A stretch of 64,000 nucleotides of DNA from positions 81,222,001 to 81,286,000 of the forward strand of contig NW_024704742.1 in NCBI RefSeq assembly GCF_018977255.1, in the 5' to 3' direction. Below, in pieces: positions 52,756 through 64,000 of this stretch (the stretch's first letter is position 1; every line of letters begins with the position of its first letter). The notes under the pieces were generated by a model. That model had not been told where the DNA came from, searched no databases, and was given only the letters and a program-made list of their open reading frames with translations. Both the position numbers and the translations under genes were made by a program. The stretch comes from Callorhinchus milii (Eukaryota).

Positions 52756-53105
52756 TAGTCTTATATCGAAAACATCCTAGTATAAGGGATATCCTCAAAA
52801 TTATGAGGAAAATCACAGCAAAATCACAGCAGTCGAGTAGCATTTCATCCCTTTGGTGTCCTTGCTTGATCTTTTTACATCCCCCTGACAAATTCATTTT
52901 CAGTGATCCAAGTGTAAAAAATTTCAAGTCAGACGGCTGATTGTGATCTTAATCACTTGTCCTGATTGCTTTCTGGCTGGAAGTTACAGAGGAGATTGAA
53001 ATAACAGAGAAGCCTGAAGAAGAGCATTGTACGTTATGGGGGAGGAGGGCCTTCAGGACAAACAGATAATCAGTCAGCTAACTTTGTGTGTATTTGAATG
53101 GCAGT

Positions 53106-53296
53106 ATTTTCCCCACTTGCAATGACAATAGAACACTTTGGTCACCCTCCTACCCCTAACCTCCCTACCCTTCACCCCTCCTGATCCCAACCCCCTGCTT
53201 GGGTCCATTTCCCTGACTGTCCAGCACCTTGGGATATCCTCTTGACGTGAAAGGACCTACAAAAATGGAATTTGTTGTGGTTGATGCCTGGTCTGG
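53106..53296 (+). repeat. Local direct duplication copy 2
   Basis: Aligns with 51043-51231. Confidence 0.75.
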
Positions 53297-53939
53297 GGAG
53301 GGAATTAATAATAATTTTGCCTACAAAAGGCAAATCACATTGTTGAGATGTCTCAAAGTGCTTCATTGAATAATAATAATACTTGCATTTGATATAGCAC
53401 TTTTCACATCTACTCGACATCTCAAAGCGCTTCACAGAATATGCTGTAAAGTGAATTGACCCTATATTTGTGGGCGAATATATTGTCAAGAAGATTGACT
53501 GTAATTTGTAGGCAAAATTATTAATATTATTCATGAAAGATTCATTCCACAGAATGCCTGATTGGCTAGTGTCTGGGAATGAAGACTGGAAGTCTCGAAT
53601 ATCTTGTCAATCACTATAGTAGTAATAGTTATTCCTGCTGGTCAATTAACCCTTACTTTTCCAAATTGCTTTCCCCATGCGACTCCATACAGATGACTTG
53701 GGGGTGAACATGTTTGCACAGAAAGGTCAGTAATATACCTCGGAGACACAGTAGATAGGAAGGTACACTTGAGTCACAATAACAGTAGTGGAGCAGAGCA
53801 GTGTAGCGCCAGTTCTCAATCTTATTCGAGTGGAGAAGAAAAGAGGGAGCGGGTTAAGGTGAGAAAATGCAAGCATGGTGCTATTTGTCATACAATGTGT
53901 AGTGCTAATGATTTCTTTGTGAAGAAGAACATTTTATTA

Positions 53940-54670
53940 ATGGAGAAAGGAAAGTAAGTCAATGTTTCGGGTCCATGACCCTTTGTCAGAACTAGGGAAT
54001 GTTGGGAGGGAGAGGCTTTTAAGGGCTAACAGAGAGGGGGGAGGCAGGGCAAGGAACACAAAGGAAAAAAGGGGTAGAGGACAGGCGATGATGGGTTAAA
54101 GAGGTGTTGATAATGCAAAACAGAAGGGGGGTGGTTTGCAACAAAACAGGGGAAAAGAGGTGTTAATAATGCAAAACAAAGGTGGGGGGAGAGTGGAATT
54201 GCAACAAAATAGGCAGACCAGAGAGAGAAAAGGTGTGTCTGGGACCCAGATGATGTGGTAATGGTCACAGAAGAGGGGGCAGAGGAAGTTGAGCTGTTTT
54301 CCAGGCCATAACAGCTCACCTTCCTCCTCCTATAATTTCTACAACACCCCCACATTTGTTTTCAATTATTAGCACCTCTATTCGCATGTTTTGTTGCAAT
54401 CCCCCCCTTTTTTGCATCATTAACACCTCTTTAACCCATCATTCCCTGTCCTTTACCCCATTTTCTCCTTTGTCTCCCTTGCCTGCCCCCCCCTCTCTGT
54501 TAGCCTTTAAAAGCCTCTCCCTCCCAACATGCCCCAGTTCTGACTAAGGGTCATGGACTGGAAACATTGACTCACTTTCCTTTCTCCATAGATGCTTCCT
54601 GACCTGTTGAGTGTTCCCAGCGACTTCTGTTTTTGTTTCAGATTTCCAGTATCTGCAGTATTTTGCGTTT
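53940..54670. mobile_element. Penelope-like element remnant with inverted partial terminal repeats
   Basis: About 53940-54150 is an imperfect inverted copy of about 54385-54589; terminus gatgcttcctgacctgttgagtgttcccagc...cagatttccagtatctgcagt; hammerhead-like cores. Confidence 0.65.
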
Positions 54671-57524
54671 TGATAATTTTATTAATGTTCTGCTGCCACA
54701 TTGGCTTGAGTGAGGTTCCTGACTCAAGAAAGTAGGTTACAGGTGTACTTCTAGTGCCTGAGGTGGAAGGATGAACAGATGAAGTACAGGTTCCAGCAGT
54801 CCTCCACAGCATAACTCTGAGCATCGGTGACCCTGTTGAGGGCAAAATCTGTCAATAGCTTGTAATAAGAAAGGCTCTTCTTTTCTCCTTGGCCTTTCGT
54901 AAATCTGCTACATTTTTCTGATCTGCACCCTGAAGAAACTGCTCATTACCTCAAGTCCATCTGATAACACAGACTAAAAAGCCTTTTCACAGTAGTTGTC
55001 TCCCTCAGTAAGGGATTTCTCTTTATTCAAATTAAAGCTCCCATATTTGTGCCATATTCCCTCTTTTAACTAATGCTCCTGTAATCCTGCAGGGTTTGCA
55101 GTGGTTTGATGCACTTTTCGTGTTCATTTGGCACTAATGTTGCAATTTAATTCCTGTTTAAGTGCCATGGATTACATCTTGAACTCTACTCTCATAATGT
55201 TCTTCAGGAGGCAGATTCAGTCAGAAGCGCGTGGCAACTGTATAATAATAATGCTTGAATTTGATATAGCGCCTCATCATGTCTTTGAGACGTCTCAAAG
55301 CACTTCACAGAATAATAGTAATAATCCTTGCATTTGATATAGCGCTTTTCATGTCGGGAGGACGTCCCAAAGCACTTCACAGAACACACTGTAAAGTGAA
55401 TTAACTGTATATTTTGTGGGCGAAACACGGCAGCCAATTGCGCACAGCCATGGATTGACTGTTGAATGAAGTAGACTATCCTTAAGGTTATTAAGAAGAG
55501 GAGGCTATTTTGCATATTGAGCTTGTATAACTCCAGTTTTACTCAAACTCCACTTTCACTGAAGTTGATGCAAAGGAAATTGTTAAACTTATAATAATTA
55601 AATTTGAAGATTCTGAGCAGTCACATGGACCATCCTTTAGGTTATTAGGAAGAGTAGGCTATTTGGCTCATTGAGTCTGTTCTGCTACTTTATTAGATCA
55701 CAATATGTCTTTTAAGCTAATTTTTCTTCCTCCGGGAATAGAGCACTGTACGAGAGAGGAAGAGGAGAGGTGGAGGCTTGTATAGAGTATAAACATCGAC
55801 ACAGACCAGATGAATTGAATGACTTGTTCTTGTACCATATCATTCTATCTAATTCCCCCTGTGCCTTAATACATTTACTTCATCTCCCTGTTGAACATTA
55901 CAATCGAATTTTGATTCACAGCCTTCTTGGGCATTCTCACAACCCCTTGTGGGAACAAATGTTTCCTGATCTAAATGTTAACAGGTTTGGCATTAATTTG
56001 AATACTTGTGTCCCTTTTCTCTTGACATTATTTGAGAAAAGGGACACATGGAGTTTTGGAGAAAAAGCACATAAATGGGTCTGAATGGATAACTCTTTCA
56101 AAGACCCAATGCAAACCTTCTGTGCTGTAAATCCCTATTTTACTAAATTTAATAACCAGTGCTAGTAACTGGTACAAGAGCCAGTATTTAGCTCTACATG
56201 TGCAGATTTCCGCTAAATTTAAGCACCCAATGAGAACTATTCAAAGGCTGTTGAACCTATTTGCACAATAGCAATAAGACAATTGTTAATGATCACACAT
56301 CCTTGTCCTGTCTTTGTTTGTGCACATTATTCATGAGCATGTACCTTTACATTCAGGCATGTGGTTTATGTGTTAGTGGTTCAGTAAACCAAGGATATGT
56401 AATGGAGTGCAGAGGAACCACACATCCCCATTATTATTATTATTATCCCCATGTTACCTCTCTGCACATTTACTTTGTGGGCACTATTAGCATTGGGGTG
56501 CAAGCTCAGACTTTTTGAATTCAAATAATATGAGTTTACTTTCCAATGCAGTGCTGGGGTGTGCTGTATTATCACAGGTACTGTCCTTTAGGTGAGACTT
56601 TAAACCGAGGTCCAGTCAGCTTTTTCAGAAGGACGTTAAAGAACCCACGGCACTATTTAAAAGGCAAAGGGAGTTTCTTCTGGTGTTCTGCCAACAATAT
56701 CCCAACTAAAATTGGTCATTCACTTCATGACTGCTTGTGAAACATTGCTTACGCAAATTAATGTTTGCATTCACAGTCATTCCCACAAACTTCTAAATCA
56801 GAGGCAAGAGCGCTACCAACCGAGCTAGGCTGACACCATGGGATAACACCAATGTGCTTCAGTGTGGGGACTACCTGAGATGCTGCAGAGCTCCATTAAT
56901 CCTAGTTAATGTTACACAGTCTGAGGAAGGACAGAATATGTAAGTGGCCTTTAAGCATCTTGTTATTCTGGCTTTTGGTAAAATGAGAATGCTGGTATTA
57001 TTGTGCTCTGGCATATCTAGTAGGAGGCATTCTGCCCAGCTTCTCAATCAACTGCTTCATTAAATTTGGACAGTTAGAGGTGCTTCCTCCAGATCTCTGA
57101 CCCTAGAATGACGAATGTCTCCAATTTAGAAATAAATAGGCCAGTAAATTGTAATTGTAAGAGTGGTTCCATTGTTACTGTCTATTGTCTGATTAAGGAG
57201 ACTGCAATGGCAGATCAATTGGAAAGTAATGGTAACTGATAAAACTGTAGTGAACAACTGTTTGTTGTTCTGAAAAACAAAGGTTGATGTGCAGCCATGT
57301 TAAGGGATAAAGGTGGAACAGACACAGGCATCACATGTAGCATAGCTCTATTTGACCCTCCTCACCTGTTCCCCCCACCTTCCCCCTCACTTGTGTCCCG
57401 CTTCCGCCTCCCCAGTGTCACTCTCCCACCCCCTCCCCGCATCCTTGCCTGTGTACCTCATCCCCTCACTGTCCCCCCTCACCAATGACCTCCCTTTATC
57501 CATTCCCCTCTTCACCAGTGCCTC

Positions 57525-58250
57525 AATTGAGTGTCACCAGTTTCTTGTTAAAGCTTTTAAAAATCATCTTGAACCTCCTGTGAGCCCTCTCCAGGTCCAC
57601 CTGGAAACTCTTACAGTTGATCGTGATCTCTGCCTGGCCCCATGCACCTTGTCACATTGAAGTCACTTTGGAGGCAGCAAAGTGCGCCGTGTGGTCCAAG
57701 CCACACTTTGTTTTTGTGGAGCCGGCAGGTCACAGGATACTGGACCTGTTCAAAAAGCAGCTTCGTGCTGTGGTGGCTGGGTATTCTGGAGGGATGAGAT
57801 CAGATGAGAAGGGCCGTCTTCATCCAAATCCATCTTGTGATCTTGTGGCCGCTGCTGTCTATAAATTTCCTGCTGGTTCATTCACTTTGAGTGCAGGAAA
57901 TTGAAAAAGGTTTGCTCCTCCGGATTTTGGATAATTATCCCCAAGACCAGATCACATGATCGTGCTGAATGAGTGCCCATCCTCCAGTAACAGATACCTT
58001 GTATCATGTTCCGTGATGGTATTGTTTTGAATGCAAAAGAAACATTTCTTTTGTGTTGAAAAAAGTACCGGAAAGAGAAGTGTCAGGGAACCGTGGAAAT
58101 AAATTCAGATTCCTGCTCAATAATTTTAAGCTTGATAACTGGGTAGAAGCTTTATAAATCTAAATTGTATTTTATTGTATTGTAAGTGGTAAAGAAGTGT
58201 TTGAGATTGTAACATCTTGTAGCATATATGCTGTAAATGAAAAAAATAAA
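57525..58250 (+). mobile_element. Possible decayed L1/Tx1-clade LINE 3' end
   Basis: LEAAKCAVWSKPHFVF....ILDLFKKQLR resembles L1/Tx1 ORF2 C-terminal motifs, followed by a T-rich tract and aataaa; eyeball match only. Confidence 0.3.
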
Positions 58251-58588
58251 GTCCAATATCGAAATGAATGCTACACAATTGGAGAGAAATCTCACCTGGA
58301 TCGAGATTTTGCTTGATTTACGTAACATTTCACAGGGTTCTGATTTGGCAAATTGTTGAATTCAGTCTCAGCTCTGAAGTCTTAAAAGAAAGCTCCTGTT
58401 GCTTCAAAATTAAGCTTGTACTTTAAGATTTTGCTAAATTCAGGAAGCTCTGAAACGCTAGGAAAATAGAGTGTTCCCAGTCCGCTGTGCGAAATGTTTT
58501 GAGACATCCTCCCAAATTGAATGACACAATATAAATGTAGTAAAATATAATTGTAAAATAAAATTGCCTGACCATTCCTTGATAAACT

Positions 58589-58966
58589 TTGTCAGGGTAC
58601 TCTAAGTATAATTATTTATAAATATTTATCTTCACTGTAATGGGATGCTTTTGTACATTATTTGGGACCTGTTCTTAGATAATTAATCACTGGAAGGGAT
58701 TGCCAGGAACGGTGGTTGAGGTACTAATTTAAAAAGTATTTCAAAGCTGTGATGCTTGTTAGGTAGTTTACAGATTGGTTTCCAGATGCAAAATGAGAAG
58801 CCATTTGAGAGCTGCTGGCCCTATTAAACTGAATGAAATCAATTTGCAAGTTAGAAGACCTCGCCTCAGTGAGATTGTTGGAGAGGCTACCAAATAATGT
58901 ACAAAAGCATCCCTTTACAGTGAAGATAAATATTTATAAATAATTATACTTAGAGTACCATGACAA
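58589..58966. repeat. 77-bp inverted repeat (2 mismatches) with 224-bp spacer
   Basis: 58589-58665 versus the reverse complement of 58890-58966. Confidence 0.9.
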
Positions 58967-59019
58967 TTTAATTCTAAACTGTGTCCTCTTACTACTACTG
59001 TCCTGGTTCAATCTAAAGT

Positions 59020-59334
59020 GGAGTCCTATAGTTCAGTGGTTAGAGCGCTCGCCTCACAAGCGAGAGACCTGGGTTCGATTCCCGGCAGGGTGAAACCTTG
59101 GGTAAGTTTCCTTACTCCACACGCCTAATAATAATCCCTCAAGAAAACAAAAGAATAATAAATTGGTCACTTCAATCAACAACTGTTTGTGGGACACTGA
59201 TGTGCGCAATTGGATGCTACGTTTTGTCCACAAATATACAGTCAATTCACTTTACAGTATATTCTGTGAAGCGCTTTGAGACATCTAGAAGATGTGAAAA
59301 GTGCTATATCAAAATGCAAGGATTATTATTATTA
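59020..59334 (+). mobile_element. Young tRNA-derived SINE, full length, TSD taaagtg
   Basis: Intact B box ggttcgattcc; taaagtg at 59014-59020 and 59335-59341. Confidence 0.93.
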
Positions 59335-60099
59335 TAAAGTGTTGTTATGAGTTTACTTTTAATCCCATTCAAAATTTTAAACACCTTTATGAGGTGACCT
59401 TTATGAGTCATTCTCCTTGAAAATTAGCCTGGCACCAATGTGTGTCCTTTGCAATGAGCTTTGTTTAATTCTAATGTCCATAAGTTCTATGATCTTATAT
59501 AAACACCATTATCAACTTGTTTCAGAGCCAGGAATGTACTTGTGCTGAATATCACGGAAACCCTTGGCTGAGATGTTAGAGAATGTCTGATTCCTGTTTA
59601 TACAATCTCACTCATGCACCAGCAATGGGAGAGTGAGAAAGCAGGGAGAATGACCTTCATAGAATTGAGACATCCTCTATGATGTCTCACAGAATGATAC
59701 AACATGAAAACAGCCCATTCTGGACAACTAATCCATTTTGTGACTATACTCCACACAAACCTCCACCTCTCCTGTCCTTCTCACCCATGCCTTTCTCTTC
59801 TTTTCATTCCCATGTGATTTAAGATTTCTCTTAAATCATCCTTCTAGCTAAAATAAAACAGACCATTTTGATCACTGTATTGTATTTCAGTTATCGCCAT
59901 AACGAAAATCCATTTTATTTTAATGGGAGAAAGGAGTACTTTCCCAATCTACCCTGGGTTAAAATCACGGAACAAATTTGAGACTCCAGGCTGCGTTAAG
60001 GAATGGGTGAATATGCCTAAATGAAAATACATTGTTAATGCACCATTGACTGAGGTTCACTTGAGAGAATGCATGTGGATTGTGGAATGACTTAGCTCC

Positions 60100-60190
60100 T
60101 CCAGGGAAGGCTTGCCAGACAGTACTTTCAATGGTATCATATATGGTTTTAGCTGATTAGATTCCAGCAGATTTTCAGACCCCGAGGCAT
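60100..60190 (+). repeat. Family A ancient repeat, short fragment
   Basis: gggaaggcttgccagacagt...ggttttagctgattagattccagc matches about 45535-45600. Confidence 0.55.
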
Positions 60191-60829
60191 TATATAAAAC
60201 AATTCTAAACTATATTGCATTTACCAAAGCGAATAAACTAAGACAGAACCAATAGGAGTATTTAAAAGACAAACAGATACTTGGGCAGTAGAGGTATTAT
60301 GGCGAAAGGATGACGCATTGAGCTTAAAATCAGTGGAAAAGGCTGAATGGGCCGAACAACCTCCTGCTGTTCCTGTTTTCTTATGTTCTTAGTAAACAAA
60401 TCATTCAAAGTTACCAAATTAATTCATTATGTCAGTAGCTTGACTTTCAGTCATGTCAAGTATTTGTCCTTGGTACACTTATAAACTTATAAATGTGTAC
60501 CTGTGTTTGTTGTCTGAACATGTCCCTGTGTTTGTGGTGTACACTGTTATCAGTGGAAACCAGTTGTGTTTAATGTTTGCGTTGGTGTTGTGGTTCATGT
60601 TATATAGTAGTGGGGTGGGGGTGGTGCAGGGAGCTTGTTTCATCGTCCTCAGATACAATATCAAAATTATAGCATGGTGGAGGCGGGATGTCTGACTACC
60701 CCATGTTTTTTAACCTTCCTTATGTTGAGATAAGTCTCTTTAAGATCAGAAACACAGTTTGTGGAGACATCAGGATTATCACAAGAAGAAAAGGGGTTTC
60801 AGTGGAACAAATAAATATAGATTTAGGTG

Positions 60830-61295
60830 TCAGCTGTCTTGATGGGTAGCGCTCTTGCCTCTGAGTCAAAAAGTTGTGCGTTCAAGCCCACATCAGGACT
60901 TTGAATTCATTGTCTAAATCGACATTTCATTGCAGTGCTGAGGAAGCATTGTATGTCAGAGGTGCCGTACTTGAGATGAAATATTAAACTAAAGTCCTGG
61001 CTGTGTGTTCAGGTGGATGTTCACTTTCAAAAATAATAATTTCTCTAATTAATCGAATAATGAAAAATAATTTTCCAATTGTTCTCTAATTGAAAAGAGA
61101 AGGGAGTTTCTCCCACTGTCCTGACCAATAATCCCACAAAAAAAAATTGGTCATTTATTTCATGGCTGTTTGTGGGACATTGCTGTGTACAAATTGGCTG
61201 CCACATTCGCCTACAAAACACTCAGTAAATCCTGTGAAGCGCTTTGTGGTATCCTGCTGACGTGAATGGCACTATACCAAATGCAAGTATGATAT
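60830..61295 (+). mobile_element. Older Deu-domain SINE (SacSINE1-like), near full length
   Basis: ggtagcgctcttgcctctgagtca...gttcaagcccca head; gaggtgccgt...gttcaggtggatgt; gggagtttctcc...gtcctgaccaat; Deu 3' half and L2-type tail. Confidence 0.8.
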
Positions 61296-62974
61296 TAAAA
61301 AAGCCATGGCATTACTCGAAGTGAGAAAGGAGTTTCTCCCTGTGTCCTGGTCAATAGTTCTCCAAAATAAAATTCATTCACTTCACAGCCACAAATTGAC
61401 TGATATGTTCACCTACATCAACTGCAAATTGCAGTACCTCCTGTAAGGAATTTGAGATATCCTGCCAATGTGAAAGGTGGAATATCAAATGGAAGGATTA
61501 TTTTATGTTTGAGAGAGTGAGAGAGAGGGTTGTTAGAATGTGTAGCTTTTTACAACAATTTTGTACCTGAGTCTATAACAGTATTTAAAGAAATAATTGA
61601 ATTAATACTTGAGGGAAAATAATAATGGCTGAGGGATTAGGAGTAGATAACTTTAGTTGGGGGGAAAAGAGGAAATGGGATAGCTAGCGCAGCACAGATA
61701 CAATTAGCTAATTATCCCTTTCTAATCTGAAAATTGTACATAATATTAATCCTTGCTTATGATATAGCCCATTATCATATTATTGAAATGTGCCAAAGTG
61801 TTTCACAGGATTTTTTACTGTGAAATGCAATGGTGGTGTATGTGAAGACAAATGCTCCCAACCAAGTCAATTGTGAAAGTAAAGGCTACTCTACAAAATG
61901 TCTCCCCGACTCCCAAATTACAACAAACACTGACAATGGAGCGAGCTCCAGGAATCACAACAAACATAAGGGCCTAATGTAACTTCCTGTGATCAGAGAT
62001 GCTTTCTGAGAACTCATTCGAACTGGAGACAAGCATCCTCACAATCAGCCAGCAATACCTCTGTCTGTTACACATGGTGCATTTTCATCCAATTAATTCA
62101 ATTAAAGTTCTATGGTGGTGTACTCACAGATAGTCCCCAGTCAATTCAGCACAGATCACAAGAAGACTTTGATTGGCCAGGTATTTTGCATTTTAGCCAA
62201 GCCATATCTAGGCATGCAGCTTCCCAGTGCTCACCTTAAAAAAGTAAGGTTTTAATTTGGTGTATATCCTTTTGGAATCTCTTGATGAGGAATCAGTCAT
62301 GAATGGGGACTTCCTCTGGCATGTCATGACAATCTGCTGTGGCTGATACAATCTACTTTCAAGAGGAGTTTCTGCATGTTAATGGAAAAGTTAACTTTAT
62401 TACTTATTAAGGAATCCTATTAAGAAATACCACAAATTAGACCTAGGTTCTGGGTTAGTAAACTACTCATATCGAATTTAGGCTGTGCCTGCCTGGTAAG
62501 TATAGAGGAGGATACTCCTTACAGAGTCTCCATATGTTCCCATTGGCAAAAGTGGAATGTGTCACTTTGGAGATGAGAGAGTGGACTGTATTTTTTTGTT
62601 TGCAGTTGTCTTTGAATATTTGCTGTGTTAAACCAAATAACCTGCTAACGGCAGCAAGGAGGAAGGTGAGAATTAATCTCAACCAGTTTATCGGGTGAAG
62701 TCATTTTATTTTTGGAATTGTTTGCATAATGAAAAGGTTGATGGTTTTACATAAAGACCATCACAAATGAGGAATTTCAGCATTCCAGGCACTTTGTTTG
62801 CCTTGTTGTTGCTTGTTGTATGCCCAGTTCTATTCGAGGTAGAATGCTGTTTTATGTATCACATTGTCAGTGTCTTGATGGAGAAGTCCAATGGAATGCA
62901 AAGACTTCAGCTGTTGTAGAAGTCATTGGCAATCTGGAAATGAAAATGAAAGAAATAGTGGTGTATTTGGAATG

Positions 62975-63350
62975 TCAGCTTGGCTCAGTTGGGAGGGCTC
63001 TGACCTCTGCAAGTTGTGGGTTTAAACTCGACTTCAGGAATTTTAGCTCACAGTCTAGGCTTTCACTGTAAAAGCACATTTTCTGGATGATATGTAAAAC
63101 CAAGGTCCTGTCTGACTTTTGAAGATCCCATGGCACTATTGGGAAAGAGAAAGGAGTGTCCTGGCCAACAATCCCCCAGATAAATTGATTAATCGCTTCA
63201 TAGGTATTTGTAATACATTGCTGCATGTATTTGGTTGATACATTTACCCATAAATTTACACCATTACTAGATTTTAAAGAAACACTGTGAAGCACTTTGA
63301 GATATTCTTGACCTTATATGACCTTATATCAAACGCATGGGTTATTACTA
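62975..63350 (+). mobile_element. Older Deu-domain SINE, internally deleted
   Basis: cagcttggctcagttgg...gaagatcccatggcactatt...gtgtcctggccaac. Confidence 0.65.
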
Positions 63351-63589
63351 TTTATGAGTGCCCGCCAGTATTTTCAACAGCATCTGGAAACATCTGCCCA
63401 ATAAATTCTAAAACATCTGTTAGAACAAGTTTGAGCCCCTCCCAATGCCATACTATTGTTTTGAATGCGAAGGTAGAATGCTAGTCTTTTCGTGAATGGT
63501 ATGAATGTTGCTCTTTATCCTGAGTGTAAGAAGAGATTTTTTCCCCTTTCCTCTTTTCCTGTATACTCTCTCTCCAACACTAACACACA

Positions 63590-63797
63590 CACATGTTCTA
63601 TTTCTCCAATCCCCCCACCTTGCACCCTCCTTCCCCTCTTTTAGACCATGACTGAAGACCTTCCTTTTCAACCGTGCTTATGGTCACTTCCTCCGTCCCC
63701 CCAGCTTGGCATTAGACTTCGCCTCTGTTAAGCACTCTGAAATGTTGTCCCCCCCACCCCATGAATGGTGCTATATAAATGCAAGTTGTTGTTGTTA
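63590..63797 (+). mobile_element. Old L2 3' fragment
   Basis: gaagaccttccttttcaaccgtgc...gctatataaatgcaagttgttgttgtt. Confidence 0.6.
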
Positions 63798-64000
63798 TTC
63801 TTCTCACTCACAAACATACACTCCCATTTTATCCTCCCTTCCCCCAAAATGACAAAATCAAAAGGTTTGAGGAGGAAGGCTCCTTCACCCCATTTGATCT
63901 CCTCCTTCCAGAATACCAACCTACACTGTCTTCCTATTAGAGTGTCAGAATAAGTCCAGTAGGTTCAGTGGTGTCTGGTGACTGTTCTAACTGTTGATTA

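Noticed and set aside
1..64000. CRISPR array, operon or other prokaryotic/viral system
   Set aside because: No regularly spaced repeat-spacer structure, no gene-dense coding and no viral ORFs; recurring motifs are dispersed SINE/LINE tails.

Overview
Eukaryotic, repeat-rich, apparently non-coding (intronic or intergenic) DNA. The repeat repertoire points to a cartilaginous fish, most likely a chimaera/elephant-shark-type genome (inference only). It comprises 5'-truncated L2 LINEs ending in (TTG)n, CR1 LINE 3' ends, Penelope-like remnants, an abundant young tRNA-headed SINE with an L2-type tail ending in (TTA)n, older Deu-domain SINEs and tiny Tc1/mariner-type MITEs. I find no complete protein-coding gene. 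The recognisable ORFs are broken L2, CR1 or possibly Tx1 ORF2 fragments, and the rest look spurious. Weak signals suggest a microsatellite-rich promoter/first exon near 12.2-12.7 kb and possible alternative first exons near 29.9 and 41.9 kb, but the host gene cannot be identified. I do not see a convincing previously undescribed biological system. The most notable items are a SINE-L2 shared 3' stem-loop with compensatory changes and loop-defined subfamilies, a composite tRNA/CORE-like/Deu SINE, an unclassified ancient repeat with about 7 copies, an inverted Penelope-like arrangement with decayed hammerhead cores, a 77-bp near-perfect inverted repeat, several dateable nested insertions and two Pbx-Hox/Meis motif clusters. 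Boundaries of old repeats are approximate (read by eye).
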